Source: Cetorhinus maximus (lineage: Eukaryota). From it: a stretch of DNA of 64,000 bases. Shown piece after piece: positions 45,601 to 60,830 of the stretch (within the stretch, counting starts at the first letter, position 1; the number at the start of each line of letters is the position of its first letter). The stretch spans positions 10,664,001 to 10,728,000 of the forward strand of contig NC_135903.1 in NCBI RefSeq assembly GCF_964194155.1, read 5' to 3'. The notes beneath the pieces are model-generated. The model searched no databases. It was not told where the DNA came from and was given only the letters and a program-made list of their open reading frames with translations. The position numbers and the translations under genes are program-made.

Positions 45601-47401
45601 GGTTGTGAATCTTGAAAATTCTCAACCTCAGAGTTGTGAATACTCAGTCGTTGAGAATATTCAGGCTCAGATCAGAAAATGCTTGGGCACCAAGGCTCCC
45701 AAACCATCCCTTCCCTCACCCCCCACCTCTCTTCCTCACCCACTGCCCTTCTCCCCCTCCCTGCTTCTCTCCACTCTCTCTGTCATCTCCCCTCCCCTCA
45801 CCCTCCTCTCTCCTCTCTTCCCCCCCAACCCCTTCTCTACCGTCCTTGTCCTCCCGACCCTCCTCTCCCCACCCCCACACCACCCCATCTCCACCGCACC
45901 CCTTCTCCCCTGTACTCACTGCCCCCTTCTCTCCCCCATCCCCTGCTCTACCCACCATCCCTCCTTATCCCCTACCCACCGCTCCCTCCTTATCCCTCCC
46001 CAGTCATACACCACCTCCTCTCCCCCCCTCACTTACCCACCACCCTGCTCTCCCCGCACCCCTCCCCTCTTCCCCACACTCCTTTCCCCCCCACACCCTC
46101 CTCTCCCCCCGCACCCTCTTCTCCAACCCCTCCTCTCCCCCGCACCCTCTCCTCCAACCCCTCCTCTCCCCTGCACCCTCTCCTCCAACCCCTCCTCTCC
46201 TCCGCACCCTCTCCTCCACCACTATCCTCTCCTCCCGCACCCTCTCCTCCAACCCCTCCCCCCACACCCTCTCCTCCAACCCCTCCTCTCCCCCATACCC
46301 TCCTCTCCCCCGCACCCTCTCCTCCACCACTATCCTCCCGCACCCTCTTCTCAAACCCCTCCACTCCCCCACACCCTCCTCTCCCCCCACACCCTCTTCT
46401 CTAACCCCTCCTCTCCCCCATACCCTCCTCTCCCCCGCACCCTCTCCTCCAACCCCTCCTCTCCCCCGCACCCTCTCCTCCACCACTATCCTCTCCTCCC
46501 GCACCCTCTCCTCCAACCCCTCCCCCACACCCTCTCCTCCAACCCCTCCTCTCCCCCATACCCTCCTCTCCCCCGCACCCTCTCCTCCACCACTATCCTC
46601 CCGCACCCTCTTCTCAAACCCCTCCACTCCCCCATACCCTCCTCTCCCCCGCACCCTCTCCTCCAACCCCTCCTCTCCCCCATACCCTCCTCTCCCCCGC
46701 ACCCTCTCCTCCAACCCCTCCTCTCCCCATACCCTCCTCTCCCCCGCACCCTCTCCTCCAACCCCTCCTCTCCCCCATACCCTCCTCTCCCCCGCACCCT
46801 CTCCTCCACCACTATCCTCCCGCACCCTCTTCTCAAACCCCTCCACTCCCCCATACCCTCCTCTCCCCCGCACCCTCTCCTCCAACCCCTCCTCTCCCCC
46901 ATACCCTCCTCTCCCCCGCACCCTCTCCTCCACCACTATCCTCCCGCACCCTCTTCTCAAACCCCTCCACTCCCCCATACCCTCCTCTCCCCCGCACCCT
47001 CTCCTCCAACCCCTCCACTCCCCCATACCCTCCACTCCCCCACACCCTCTTCTCTAACCCCTCCCCCGCACCCTCTCCTCCTTCCTGTCCCTTTTCCCAC
47101 AACCCCTCCTCGCCTCTCCTCTCCCTACCCCGCTAACACCAGCCCCCTTTCCGCTTCCACTCACCGCCCCCGCCCCCCCCGGGTTGTCCGGCTGTCTCTT
47201 GCTCCGTGTCCCTCCCCCGGATGATTATTACCTTTTGATCCGGAGCAGGCAGGGCTGTGAAGGCTTCTCGCTGTCCCAGTCGGTGCTGAGTGTCGGGTCC
47301 CAGGAAGTTGCGTGCAGCTGGCTCAGGAGGCCGGTTGCTACCGAGCCGGTGCCTGGTAACAGGATCGGGCTCACGCTCTCCTCCACTGGAGCTTCCGCCA
47401 T
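27470..47401 (-). CDS. UBE2Z: UBE2Z / USE1, UBA6-specific E2 conjugating enzyme; 7 coding exons, 918 nt, 305 aa
   Basis: Exons 47401-47232, 39521-39449, 37110-36923, 36285-36174, 34869-34757, 30820-30730 and 27640-27470 join in frame. UBC domain has [20 protein letters not shown] with the catalytic Cys. Confidence 0.98.
29025..29485 (+). mobile_element. tRNA-derived SINE, DeuSINE/SacSINE1-like (representative near-full-length copy)
   Basis: A box TGGCTCAATTGG, B box GTTCAAGTTCC, conserved core GAGGGAGTGCTGCACTGTC and L2-like tail. Related copies at ~1545-1950(-), 11250-11630(-), 12010-12385(+), 33543-33965(+), 42730-43125(+) and 63610-63950(+). Family name is from recollection. Confidence 0.75.
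30730..30820 (-). CDS. UBE2Z: UBE2Z coding exon 6
   Basis: actcag| (R)[30 protein letters not shown] |gtatca. Confidence 0.96.
34757..34869 (-). CDS. UBE2Z: UBE2Z coding exon 5
   Basis: gtttag| [37 protein letters not shown]+AG |gtaaat. Confidence 0.97.
36174..36285 (-). CDS. UBE2Z: UBE2Z coding exon 4
   Basis: ttaaag| (G)[37 protein letters not shown] |gtgagc. Confidence 0.97.
36923..37110 (-). CDS. UBE2Z: UBE2Z coding exon 3 (catalytic Cys)
   Basis: ctgcag| [62 protein letters not shown]+GG |gtatgc. Confidence 0.98.
37275..37950 (+). mobile_element. Second tRNA-SINE family, split by an antisense LINE 3' fragment (37480-37755)
   Basis: B box GGTTCAAATCCC. The body matches uninterrupted copies at 63270-63600(+) and 41920-42215(-), and the tail is shared with the LINE family at 48055. 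Confidence 0.72.
39449..39521 (-). CDS. UBE2Z: UBE2Z coding exon 2
   Basis: ctgcag| (R)[24 protein letters not shown] |gtgcga. Confidence 0.97.
42235..42700 (-). mobile_element. Decayed CR1 fragment
   Basis: CTGTACACAGAACTCCAGGTGTGG (HLEFCVQF motif) and flanking CR1-like sequence. Confidence 0.7.
43802..43895. repeat. 20-22-bp minisatellite, 4.5 copies
   Basis: TCCTTCAGTCCTG(n)ATT with a variable G-run. Confidence 0.9.
45230..45680 (+). mobile_element. Decayed CR1 3' fragment
   Basis: AGACCATACCTGGAG...CAGAGGGTTGTGAATCTT motifs, frameshifted. Confidence 0.7.
45705..47180. repeat. C/T-rich low-complexity tract with a compound tandem array (46090-47080) in UBE2Z intron 1
   Basis: Recurrent CCCGCACCCTCTCCTCCAACCCCTCCTCTCCCCCATACCCTCCTCTCC modules, almost no G on the plus strand. 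Confidence 0.95.
47232..47401 (-). CDS. UBE2Z: UBE2Z coding exon 1
   Basis: aatATGG; [56 protein letters not shown]+AG |gtaata. Confidence 0.94.
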
Positions 47402-47423
47402 ATTCCCCAACTCCAGCCCACAC

Positions 47424-47435
47424 TGCGCATGCGCG
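47424..47435. promoter_or_regulatory. NRF1 consensus site 22 nt upstream of the UBE2Z ATG
   Basis: TGCGCATGCGCG fits YGCGCAYGCGCR. Confidence 0.7.
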
Positions 47436-47447
47436 GAAAACCAACAA

Positions 47448-47932
47448 CAACAGCGCCACCCGCCGGTAACTCCGGGAATCACACCCCGCAAACATCGCCG
47501 CCAGCTGGTAACTCCGGGAATCACATCCCGCAAACATCGCCGCCAGCTGGTAACTCCGGGAATCACACCCCCGCAAACATCGCCGCCAGCTGGTAACTCC
47601 GGGAATCACACCCCCGCAAACATCGCCGCCAGCTGGTAACTCCGGGAATCACACCCCCGCAAACATCGCCGCCAGCTGGTAACTCCGGGAATCACACCCC
47701 GCAAACATCGCCGCCAGCTGGTAACTCCGGGAATCACACCCCACAAACATCGCCGCCTGCGGGTAAATCCGAGAATCACACCCCCGCATATAGCGCCACC
47801 CGCCCGATTACTCCCGGAATCACACGCCCACAAACAGTGCCGCCAGCTGGCTACTTCGGGAATCACATGCATCAAACATCGCCACCCGCAGGTAGCTCCG
47901 GGAATTACATCCCGCAAACAGCGCCAACTCCT
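47448..47932. repeat. 42-43-bp CpG-rich VNTR in the UBE2Z promoter
   Basis: Unit GGTAACTCCGGGAATCACACCCCGCAAACATCGCCGCCAGCT at 47465, 47507, 47549, 47592, 47635, 47678 and 47720, then diverged copies to ~47930. Confidence 0.95.
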
Positions 47933-48054
47933 GATCCTCTGCGTTGACAGGGAAAGGCGCCACCTGATGGCAGCCCGCATTGGGCTATCCCTCTACACAG
48001 GCAACAACACCACCACAGGCGCCAGGGTGAGATTCTATGTAAGTGCGACGATAA

Positions 48055-50190
48055 TTTTTTTTTATTCATTCACGGAATGTGGGCTTTGCTGGCTGGGCCA
48101 GTGTTTGTTGCCCATCCCTAGTTGCCCTGGAGGAGGCGGTGGTGAGCTGCCTTCTTGAACCTGCAGTCCCTGTGGTGTAGGTACACCCACAGTGCAGTTA
48201 GGGAGGGAGTTCCAGGATTTTGTCCCAGTGACAGTGAAGGAACGGTGGTATATTTCCAAGTCAGGATGGTGAGTGACTTGGAGGGGAACTTCCAGGTAGT
48301 GGTGTTCTCATCTATCTGCTGCCCTTGTCCTTCTAGATAGTAGTGGTCATGGGTTTGGAAGGTGCAGTCGAAGGAGCCTTGGTGAGTTGCTGCAGCGCAT
48401 CTTGTAGATGGTACACACACTGCTGCTACTGTGTGTCGGTGGTGGGGGGAGTGAATGTTTGTGGATGGGGTGCCAATCAAGCGGGGCTGCTTTGTCCTAG
48501 ATGGTGTCGAGCTTCTTGAGTCTTGTGGGAGCTGCACTCATCTAGGCGAGTGGGGAGTATTCCATCACACGCCTGACTTGTGGATTGTAGATGGTGGACA
48601 GGCTATGGGGAGTCAGGAGGCGAGTTACACGTCACACAATGACTAGCCTCTGACCTGCTCTTGTAGCCACAGTATTTACATGGTTGGTCCAGTTCAGTTT
48701 CTCGTCAATGGTAACCCCCAGGATGTTGATAGTGGGGGATTCAGTGTTGGTAATACCATTGAACATCAAGGGGTGATGGTTGGATTCTCTCTTGTTGGAG
48801 ATGATCATTGCCTGACACTTGTGTAGCGTGAATGTTACTTGCCACTTGTCAGCCCAAGCTTGGATATTTTCCAGGTCTTGCGCATTTGGACATGGACTGC
48901 TTCAGTCTCTGAGGAGTCGCGAATGGTGCTGAACATTGTGCAATCCTCAGCAAACATCCCCACTTCTGATCTTATGATGGAAGGAAGGTCATTGATGAAG
49001 CAGCTGAAGATGGTTGGGCCTAGCACACTACCCTAAGGAACCCCTGAAGTGATGTCCTGGAGCTGAGATGACTGACCTCCAACAACCACAACCATCTTCC
49101 TTTGTGCTAGGTATGACTCCAACCAGTGGAGAGTTTTCCCCCCGATTCCCATTGACTCCTGTTTTGCTAGGGCTTCTTGATGCCACACTCGGTCAAATGC
49201 GGCCTTGATGTCAAGGGCAGTCACTCTCACCTCACCTCGGGAGTTCAGCCATGTTTGAGCCACGGCTGTAACAAGGTCAGGAGCTGAGTGGCCCTGGCAG
49301 AACCCAAACTGGGCATCAGTGAGCAGGTTATTGCTAAGCAAGTGCCGCTTGATAGCACTGTTGATGACCCGTTCCATTACTTTACTGATGATCGAGAGTA
49401 GACTGATGGGACATTAATTGGCCAGGTTGGATTTGTCCTGCTTTTTGTATACAGGATATACTGGGCAATTTTCCACATAGCCGGGTAGATGCCAGTGTTG
49501 TAGCCGTACTGGAACAGCTTGGGTAGGGGCGCGGCAGGTTCTGGAGCACAAGTCTTCAGTACTATTGCCGGAATGTTGTCAGAGCCTTTGGAGTATCCAG
49601 TGCCTTCAGCTGTTTCTTGATATCATGTGGAGTGAATCAAATTGGCTGAAGACTGGCATCTGTAATGCTGGGGACTTCCAGAGGAGGCCGAGATGGATCA
49701 TCCACTCGGCACTTCTGGCTGAAGATTGTTGCCAATGCATCAGCTGTATCTTTTGCACTGCTGCTGTGCTGGGCTCCTCCATCATTGAGGATGGGAATAT
49801 TTGTGGAGCCTCCTCCTCCATTGACTTGTTTAATTGTTCACCATCATTCACGACTGGATGTGGCAGGACTGCAGAGCTTAGATCTGATCTGTTGGTTGTG
49901 GGATCGCATAGCCCTGTCTATCACTTGCTGCTTATGCTGTTTGGCACGCAAGTAATCCTGTTTTATAGCTTCACCAAGCTGACACCTCATTGTTAGGTAT
50001 CCCTGGTGCTGCTTCTGGCATGCCCTCCTGCACTCTTCATTGAACCAGGGTTGATCCCCTGGCTGGACGGTAATGGTAGAGTGGGGGATATGCCAGGCCA
50101 CCAGGTTACAGATTGTGGTTGAGTACAATTCTGCTGATGGCCCACAGCGCCTCATGGATGCCCAGTCTTGAGTTGCTGGATCTAATAATC
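48055..50190 (-). mobile_element. CR1/L2-group LINE, ~2.1 kb, reverse-transcriptase pseudogene
   Basis: AQFGFCQGHS, ALDIKAAFDRVWH, GVP*GSVLGPTIFSCFINDLP and MFAEDC (YADD-equivalent), with stops and frameshifts. Confidence 0.92.
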
Positions 50191-50529
50191 TAATAATGGC
50201 CAAGGTTCATGGAAGGACAAAATAAATGCATGGTGTAAGAGTTAATGCAGCTTAATGCTTTTTATGCAATTCTTCATCCCATCCTCAAAGCATCTTAAAG
50301 TGCTTCACCTATAATGAGTCAATTCTTGCCCCAACTTTCTTCGAAAGACTGATATTAGATAAATTAGTCAATCTGGCTTTAGTGACCAAAGTATTTTGGG
50401 GGGAAAAAATCAAACAAATTGGTGGCCACAATTACCCGACACAATGTGCAATGTTCTACCACATCTACACCGGCGAGAATCAAGGTGTCGGTGTGGCTCA
50501 GTGGGTAGCACTCTCACCTGAGTCAGTAC

Positions 50530-52605
50530 ATAAAAACATAAGAAACTGGAGGAGTAGTAGGCCATTTGGCCCCTCAATCCTGCCCTACCATTCAATAAGA
50601 TCATGGCTCATCTGCCCCAGGCCTCAACTCCTCTTTCATGCCAGCTCCTCATAGCCCTCAATTCCGTGATATTCAAAAATCTATCTACCTCCTCTTTAAA
50701 TACTTTGTGATCTAGCCTCCACAACTCTCTGGGGTAGAGAATTCCAGATATTCACTACCCTCTGAGAGAATAAATTCCTTCGCATCTCAGTTTGAAATGA
50801 GTGTCCCCTTATTCTGTAACTATGTCCCCTAGTTTGAAATTCCCCCAGTAGTGGAAACATCTTCTCAACATCTACCCTGTTAAGCCCCCTCAGAATCTTG
50901 GCGGGTCTAGCAGCATCTATTACCTGTCATACCTGCCATCTTGTCATACTGAAGAGTCATACGGACTCAAAACGTTAACTCTGTTTCTCTCTCCACAGAT
51001 GCTGCTAGTCCTGCTGAGTTTTTCCAGCATTTTCTATTTTTGTTTCAGATTTCCAGCATCTGCAGTATTTTGCTTTTATCCCCTCAGAATCTTGTACATT
51101 TCAATAAGATCACCCCTCATTCTTCTAAACTTTAATGAATAAAGGCCTAATCTGTTTAGCCATTATTGATAAGTCAACCCCATCATCCCAGGAATCAGCC
51201 TTTTAAACTGCTTCCACTGCCAGTATATCCTTTTTTAAATACGGGGACCTAAACTGTACACAGTATTCCAGGTGCGGCCTCACCAACACCCTGTACAGTT
51301 GTAACAAGACTTCCCTATTATTAAACTTCAACCCCCTAACAATACAGGCCAAAATTCCATTTGCCTGCTCAATTACTTGCTGCACCTACGTGCTAACTTT
51401 TTGTGTTTTGTGCACAAGAACACCCAGATCCCTCTGTGCTGCACTTTTTGGAGTCTCTCTCCATTTAAATAATAGTCTGCCTTTTGATTGTTCCTACCAA
51501 AGTACATGACCTGACACTTTCCTACATTAAACACCATCTGCCAAGTTTTTGCCCACTCACTTAACCTATCTATATCCCCTTGCAGACTCCTTATGTCCTC
51601 ATCACAACATGTCTTCCACTTATTTTTGAATAGTGAGCAAATTTGGATACATTACAATCTGCCCCCTCCTCCAAGTCATTAATATAGATAATAAATAATT
51701 GAGGCCCTAGGACTGATCCACCTGTTTGACTGTGTTAAGCTTCTCTAAATATCCTATTTCTTCCTTAATAATGGACTCTAGTGTTTTCCCAACGACAGAT
51801 GTTAGGCTGACTGGCCTATAGTTTCCTGCTTTTTGTCTCCCTCCCTTCTTGAACAGAGGCATCACATTAGTGGTTTTCCAATCCACTGGGTCCCTCCCGG
51901 AATCCAGTGAGTTCTGGAATATTTCGACCAATGCCTCCACTATCTCTGCAACCACTTCCCTTAAAACCCTTGCATGCATCCCATCAGGTCCTGGCGACTT
52001 GTCTGCCTTTAGTCCCATTAGTTTGTCAAATACTTTGTCCCTCGTGATAGAGACTGTTACAAGATCTTTCCTCCCATTAGCTCCTTGCTTACCTGATATC
52101 TTTGGGATTTTTATGGTGTCCTCCACCGTGAAGACCGATGCAAAATATTGGTTTAAATTATCTTCCATTTCCGTTTCTTGTTATCAATTCTCCAGTTACA
52201 TCCTCCAAAGGTCCCATGCTCACTTTAGCTACTCTCTTTTTATATACCTGTAGAAGCTCTTGCTGTTTGTTTTTATATTTCTTGCCAATTTACTTTCATA
52301 TTCAATTTTCTCCCTCTTTATTAGCTTTTCAGTCATCTGCTGCTGCTTCCTAAAAAATTCCAAATCCTCTGGCCTACCACTGGTTTTCTCTGCTTTGTAT
52401 GCCTTAGTTTTTAATTGGATACTCTCCTTGACCATCTTCGTTAACCATGGGTGGTTCATCCTTCTCATCGAGTCCTTCTTTTTGACTAGGATAAGTTTTT
52501 GCTGAGCATTATGAAAGATCTGCTTAAATGTCTGCCACTGCTCATCCACTGACCTTCCCCTTAGTCAATTTTCCCAGCCCACTTTAGACAACTCTTTCTT
52601 CACAC
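50530..52605 (-). mobile_element. CR1 LINE with internal deletion and a nested insertion
   Basis: KSPGPDGMHARVL...GNYRPVSLTSVVGK (51707-52168) and RPHLEYCVQF (51203-51385). The central RT segment is missing at ~51720. Confidence 0.92.
50901..51079 (+). mobile_element. Short Penelope-terminus-like insertion with a perfect 15-bp TSD
   Basis: CCCCTCAGAATCTTG at 50886-50900 and 51080-51094. Confidence 0.85.
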
Positions 52606-54299
52606 AAGCCAGAATTGAAGTAGTGCAGGGATCTTTGTGGGTTGTAGGGCTGGAGGAAGGCACAAAGAAAGGGTGGGGTGAGACAAGGGAGAGATTTTAA
52701 AACATCCGAGGACTTGGTGGAATACTAGATATGGGGATGGATTATTTTGTTGAGGACACATTATCTACTTCTGTAAATCATAGTTCAAATCAAACAGAAA
52801 AATGTCCATCATACAGTTCTGGTTTAACAGTATAACTCTCACCCAGCTCCAGTGGTCATAGATTCAAACCCCAATTATGGTGATCTCATTAGCTTGACTG
52901 ACAGTTCAACACAGTGCTCAGGTGATACACTGTATTGTCACTTGTGTCATGTCAAGAAATCAAACTGCATACCATCCTGATTTGGACATATGTTACTATT
53001 CCTTCACTGTCGGGTCAAAAACCTGGAACTCCTTCCTTTTAACCACACAAACTGCAAAAATTGGAGGCGGTGGCTCACTGTCACTGTCTCAAAGTCATCG
53101 CAGAATGAGTAATAAATGCTGGCTTTGCCAATGATGCACACATCCCAAGAACGAACTAAAGAGATTCCAGACAGTGAAATAAACCTTGTTTACTTGACCT
53201 TTTCACAAGAAAATAGGAGTCATTCATTCGAGTCTGCTCTTCCATTCCGCAAGATCATGGCTCATCTTCGATCTCAACTCTACTTTTCCATATTATTCTC
53301 ACATCCCTTGATTCCCTTAGTATCCAAAAACATAATCGATTTCCACCTTGAACATACTCAATGACTGAACATCCACAGCTTTCGGAGGTACAGAATGCCA
53401 AAGCATCACAACGCAGTGAAGAAATATCTCATCTTATTTCTAAATGGACAATCCCTTTTTGAGAAGGGTAAATTTATTAGTGACACATGCATCAAGAGAA
53501 TAAATTTTAGTAAAAGGTACAGAGCCCACATTTCCTGATGCTCTCTTCAATATTCTTCCCTCACCCATAAAGACAATTTTGAGATTGTTCAGTGTGTGCA
53601 AATTAACTGCCACATAACAGAATCCGCATTTCAATAATAGATCCTTCGTAATGTACTTTGGGATATCCATGGGACTTAATCGAGCTTCAATTTATGAATT
53701 AAATCTCTGTCGACACTAACTGCACTTTAAGGATCTGCATCGTATTCTACTTCTTAAAACAGCAAAAGCTCGTCAAATCTAAAACAACCCTCAGCCAATG
53801 CTGCTGCTGACACTCCTTTGGCAAGTCAATGCTGACTTGAAGTGATTCAGTGAAATGCCCAGTTTCTATGTCATTCGCAGAGTGCAGTCTCCTGCAATAT
53901 AGAGCTTGCTGCTGTCCCCACTGTAAGGGATGAATTTGTGTTCATATCTGTTTCAAATGGTTCTCCCCCTCCCCATTCTCAGTCCTCTCCATTAACTATA
54001 ATGGGATAGAGTACAACCTCATACTTTAGTACAGTTGCTCGAGTGGACATACGTGACTGGATTAAGTGCCATCTGGCAATTTCATTCCAGATCAGAACCT
54101 AATGCTGCCCCAGCTCATGTCTGATTTCCTGCACAATTCACTGGGCAGTGAGAAAAAAAACACCAATCTTACACCCAGGAGATATTAGGGGCCTTCATGG
54201 GCTGGATTAGTCAGCGCAATGGGCAACAGATTTATCTACTGAGTGACATGGGACCCTAGTTTAGGTTTGCATCACTCCAGGTGCAAGAATTTCTTTTTA

Positions 54300-55340
54300 A
54301 AAATTAATTCATGGAATGTGGGAGGCCAGCATTTATTGCCCATCTCTAATTGCCTTCGAGAAAGTGGTGGTGAGCTGCCTTCTTAAACAGCTGCAGTCCA
54401 TGTGTTGTAGGAACACCCACAGTGCTGTTATGGAGTTCCAGGATTTTGACCCAGCAACAGTGAAGGAACGGCGATATAGTTCCAAGTCAGGATGGTGTGT
54501 GACTTGGAGGGGAATATGCAGGTGGTGGTGTTCCTATGCATCTGCTGCCTTTGTCCTTCTCAGTGGTGGAGGTCATGGGTTTGAAAGGTGCTGTCAAAAG
54601 AGCCTTGAGGAGTTCCTGCAGTGCATCTTGTAGATGGTACACACTGCTGCCACTGTGCATCAGTGATGCAGGGAGTGGATGTTGATGGATGGGGTGCCAA
54701 ACAAGCAGGCTTCTTTCCCCTGAATGGTTTTGAGCTTCTTGATTGTGTTGGAGCTGCACTCATCCAGGCAAGTGGAGTGTACTCCATCACAATTGGTTGC
54801 TGGAGGTCAATTATGTTAGTCCTAGGACATTGCTGCAGGAGCTCTTCAGGGTAGTGTCCTAGGATGTTGACTTGTGCTTTGCAGTCAGGTGGTGAGTTAC
54901 TCTCTACAGAATTCCCAGCCTCCGACCTGCTCTTGTAGCCACAGTATTTTTATGGGTGGTCCAGTTCAGTTTCTGATCAATGGTAACTCCCAGACTGTTG
55001 ATAATAGGGGATTAAGTAATGGCAATGTCATTGAATGCCAAGGTGAGATGGTTAGATTCTCTTGGAGATGGTCAATGCCTGGCACATTGAATATTACTTG
55101 CCACTTGTCAGCCCAAGCTTTAATGTTGCCCAGGTTTTGCTACATATGGACATTGGCTGCTTCAGTATGAGGAGTTGCGAATGGTGAGCATTGTACAGTC
55201 ATTAGTGAACATCCTCACTTCTGACCTTATGATGGAGGGAGGTCATTGATGAAACTGAAGATGGTTGGGCCTAGGATACTACCGTGAAGAACTCCTGCAG
55301 CAATCTCCCAGGACTAAGATAATTGACCTCCAGGAACCAA
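54300..55340 (-). mobile_element. Rearranged CR1/L2-group LINE fragment
   Basis: Colinear with 48055-49090 apart from an interruption at ~54790-54870. Confidence 0.85.
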
Positions 55341-55906
55341 TTGGAAAGTTAAGCCACATGGAATATTTAGAGTCATATGGAATGGTCTTTCTGCATGGTT
55401 TGAAACGTTAGCAGAAGCAGATTCTAAAGCAACTTTCAAAGATAATTGATATGTAGAAAAGGAAAAATTTGCAGGACTATGGTGAAAGTGCATGGTCAGT
55501 GGGACTAATTGAATACCTTGTGCTATTTGATTCTATGGTGTGCTGCCCAGCTCCAAGTGGGCCACATAACTGGGAATTAGATCACTGCGGATCCAGTACT
55601 GGGGAAATCTAGTCTCAGTATTACAAGCAGAAACACAACTGGTTACGTACAAATTCTATACTCTTACCCTCAACGGGGAGAAAGCGGAGGAATAAAAACT
55701 AGAGCAGCAGGCAGCAAGGGACAATGTGCAAAAAGCAATCCCAAGTGCATTAATCCTCTGCCCCCATCCAAGTCTACATTGCTGCATCAAACCAATGATC
55801 TCATCTCCAAATACCACCCCCACCACCCCTCCTGCAAAGTGCCTCATTCCCAGAATGGAAACCCAGTTTCATTAATGAAATACACAAAATATACTTGTTT
55901 AACCAT

Positions 55907-55912
55907 TTTATT
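55907..55912 (-). terminator. Poly(A) signal of ATP5MC1
   Basis: AATAAA on the minus strand ~157 nt after the stop, followed by a U/GU-rich tract. Confidence 0.75.
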
Positions 55913-56068
55913 CAGACGGTGACCCCTGCAGGACTAAATCAGAGTTCTTACACAATTGGATTGAAAAAAATAATCCCATTTGAATACTTAGTGGTGACAG
56001 AGAGGCCAAAGCCACCCACTGCAATAATTTACTCTTCCCAGCCATCTTCCGGATTCTCCCACAGGAAT

Positions 56069-59627
<3,559 letters not shown>

Positions 59628-60369
59628 CATGATTTTACCTTTTAGAAAGAAAGGGGAAAAAATTCCAGTTACAAACAGGACTACAAATCTAATCTGCACA
59701 ATACCTGGTTAGAACTGGTCACTAATTACAAAGGTTAACCTGACAGTTACTGGTAGTGCTTGGCCCACTAGCTGCAGACTATTATCCAGGTAAAGCTTAG
59801 AGTTAGCAATACATGAATTTTCACCCAGAGAGCATCAAGGACATGAACTACATGATTTGAGTTCATTATTGGAGCCTATAAGTCAGCAACATGTCACTGA
59901 GCATAATGACCCTTTCTGCAATCTGGAGGTCAAGGCACAATACTGAAGGTATTAAATAAAAGCAGAAAATAAAACACAATCACTGTAGACCTTAAGAGGA
60001 ATATTATTGTATTAAAGACACTGAACAGCCAGACAGTAATACAGGGACTTCAGAAACCTAGCTAATTTTCTACATTTCCAGGCAGACTCCATTGAACGAA
60101 TTCTAATTGAGAGGTCAATGTTCAGAGAGCCCATCCCGCGGCAAAAAAAAAACTTGCATTAGAGGCAAGCGTGGATTATAATGGATTTAAACCCACTGCA
60201 ATAAACCAGGAGCAATCACTTGTAGAAGCTTCAGCTCCAAATCATTAATAGGTCAAGGCAACTCTCTAATGGGGCAAAGAAAATATTTAATGCAGAATAA
60301 AAATAGCAGAACAATTGTTATATTAATTCGTATTAATTTATATTTGCAAAAGCAATGGGAGTGGGGAAG

Positions 60370-60830
60370 GTCAAGCGTCACCCCCGGCCTATCGAGGGTT
60401 GGCCCGGGCTGGTTCCCAACTCGAGCCCCAGGCTTTGAGGCCTAGCGGGCCGAGGAAAGCGGTTGACTTAAGTTGCAACGGCGCCACATGGAGGGGCGGG
60501 GGGGGGCGGTCGTTACCCGGTCTCAGAGTCTCTCTGTCCTTCTCCCTCTCCTCAGCCTCGCTCCCCAATGGCGGCGCCGCTCACTCACCTTCTCCTTTAA
60601 GTCACCTCGAACCTCCCCGCTGCTCATTGGCTGCCGCCGCCGGACGTCCGGCCCACCACCTCCCACTTCCCCCTTCTCTGATTGGACACCTTTCCCGACT
60701 GGCACCTCGGCCACCCAATAAGAGCGCTAACAACGAGCAACGAGTGCTCTGGCCAGGAGAGAACTCTGGTGCGCTGGTGGCGCTGCGTCCTCCTGGTGGC
60801 TGGGAGGACCGATATGGCGGCAGTGAGCTG
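60370..60830 (-). promoter_or_regulatory. CpG-island promoter and non-coding first exon of ATP5MC1
   Basis: CpG-rich. Four CCAAT/ATTGG boxes (60565, 60626, 60681, 60715), YY1-like ATGGCGGC (60568, 60814) and a GC box (60492). Minus-strand donors CGG|gtaacg (exon end 60517) and AAG|gtgagt (exon end 60589). Confidence 0.75.

Noticed and set aside
45605-47224. Long Pro/Leu/Ser-rich ORFs (539, 481, 343 aa and others)
   Set aside because: Open in several frames on both strands because the C-rich repeat lacks stop codons; lies within UBE2Z intron 1.
47448-47932. CRISPR-like array
   Set aside because: Units are head-to-tail without unique spacers, there are no cas genes and the context is eukaryotic. 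The same applies to the arrays at 9081 and 12872.
55867-55880. 14-bp palindrome TTTCATTAATGAAA near the ATP5MC1 cleavage site
   Set aside because: AT-rich and short enough to occur by chance in 64 kb.
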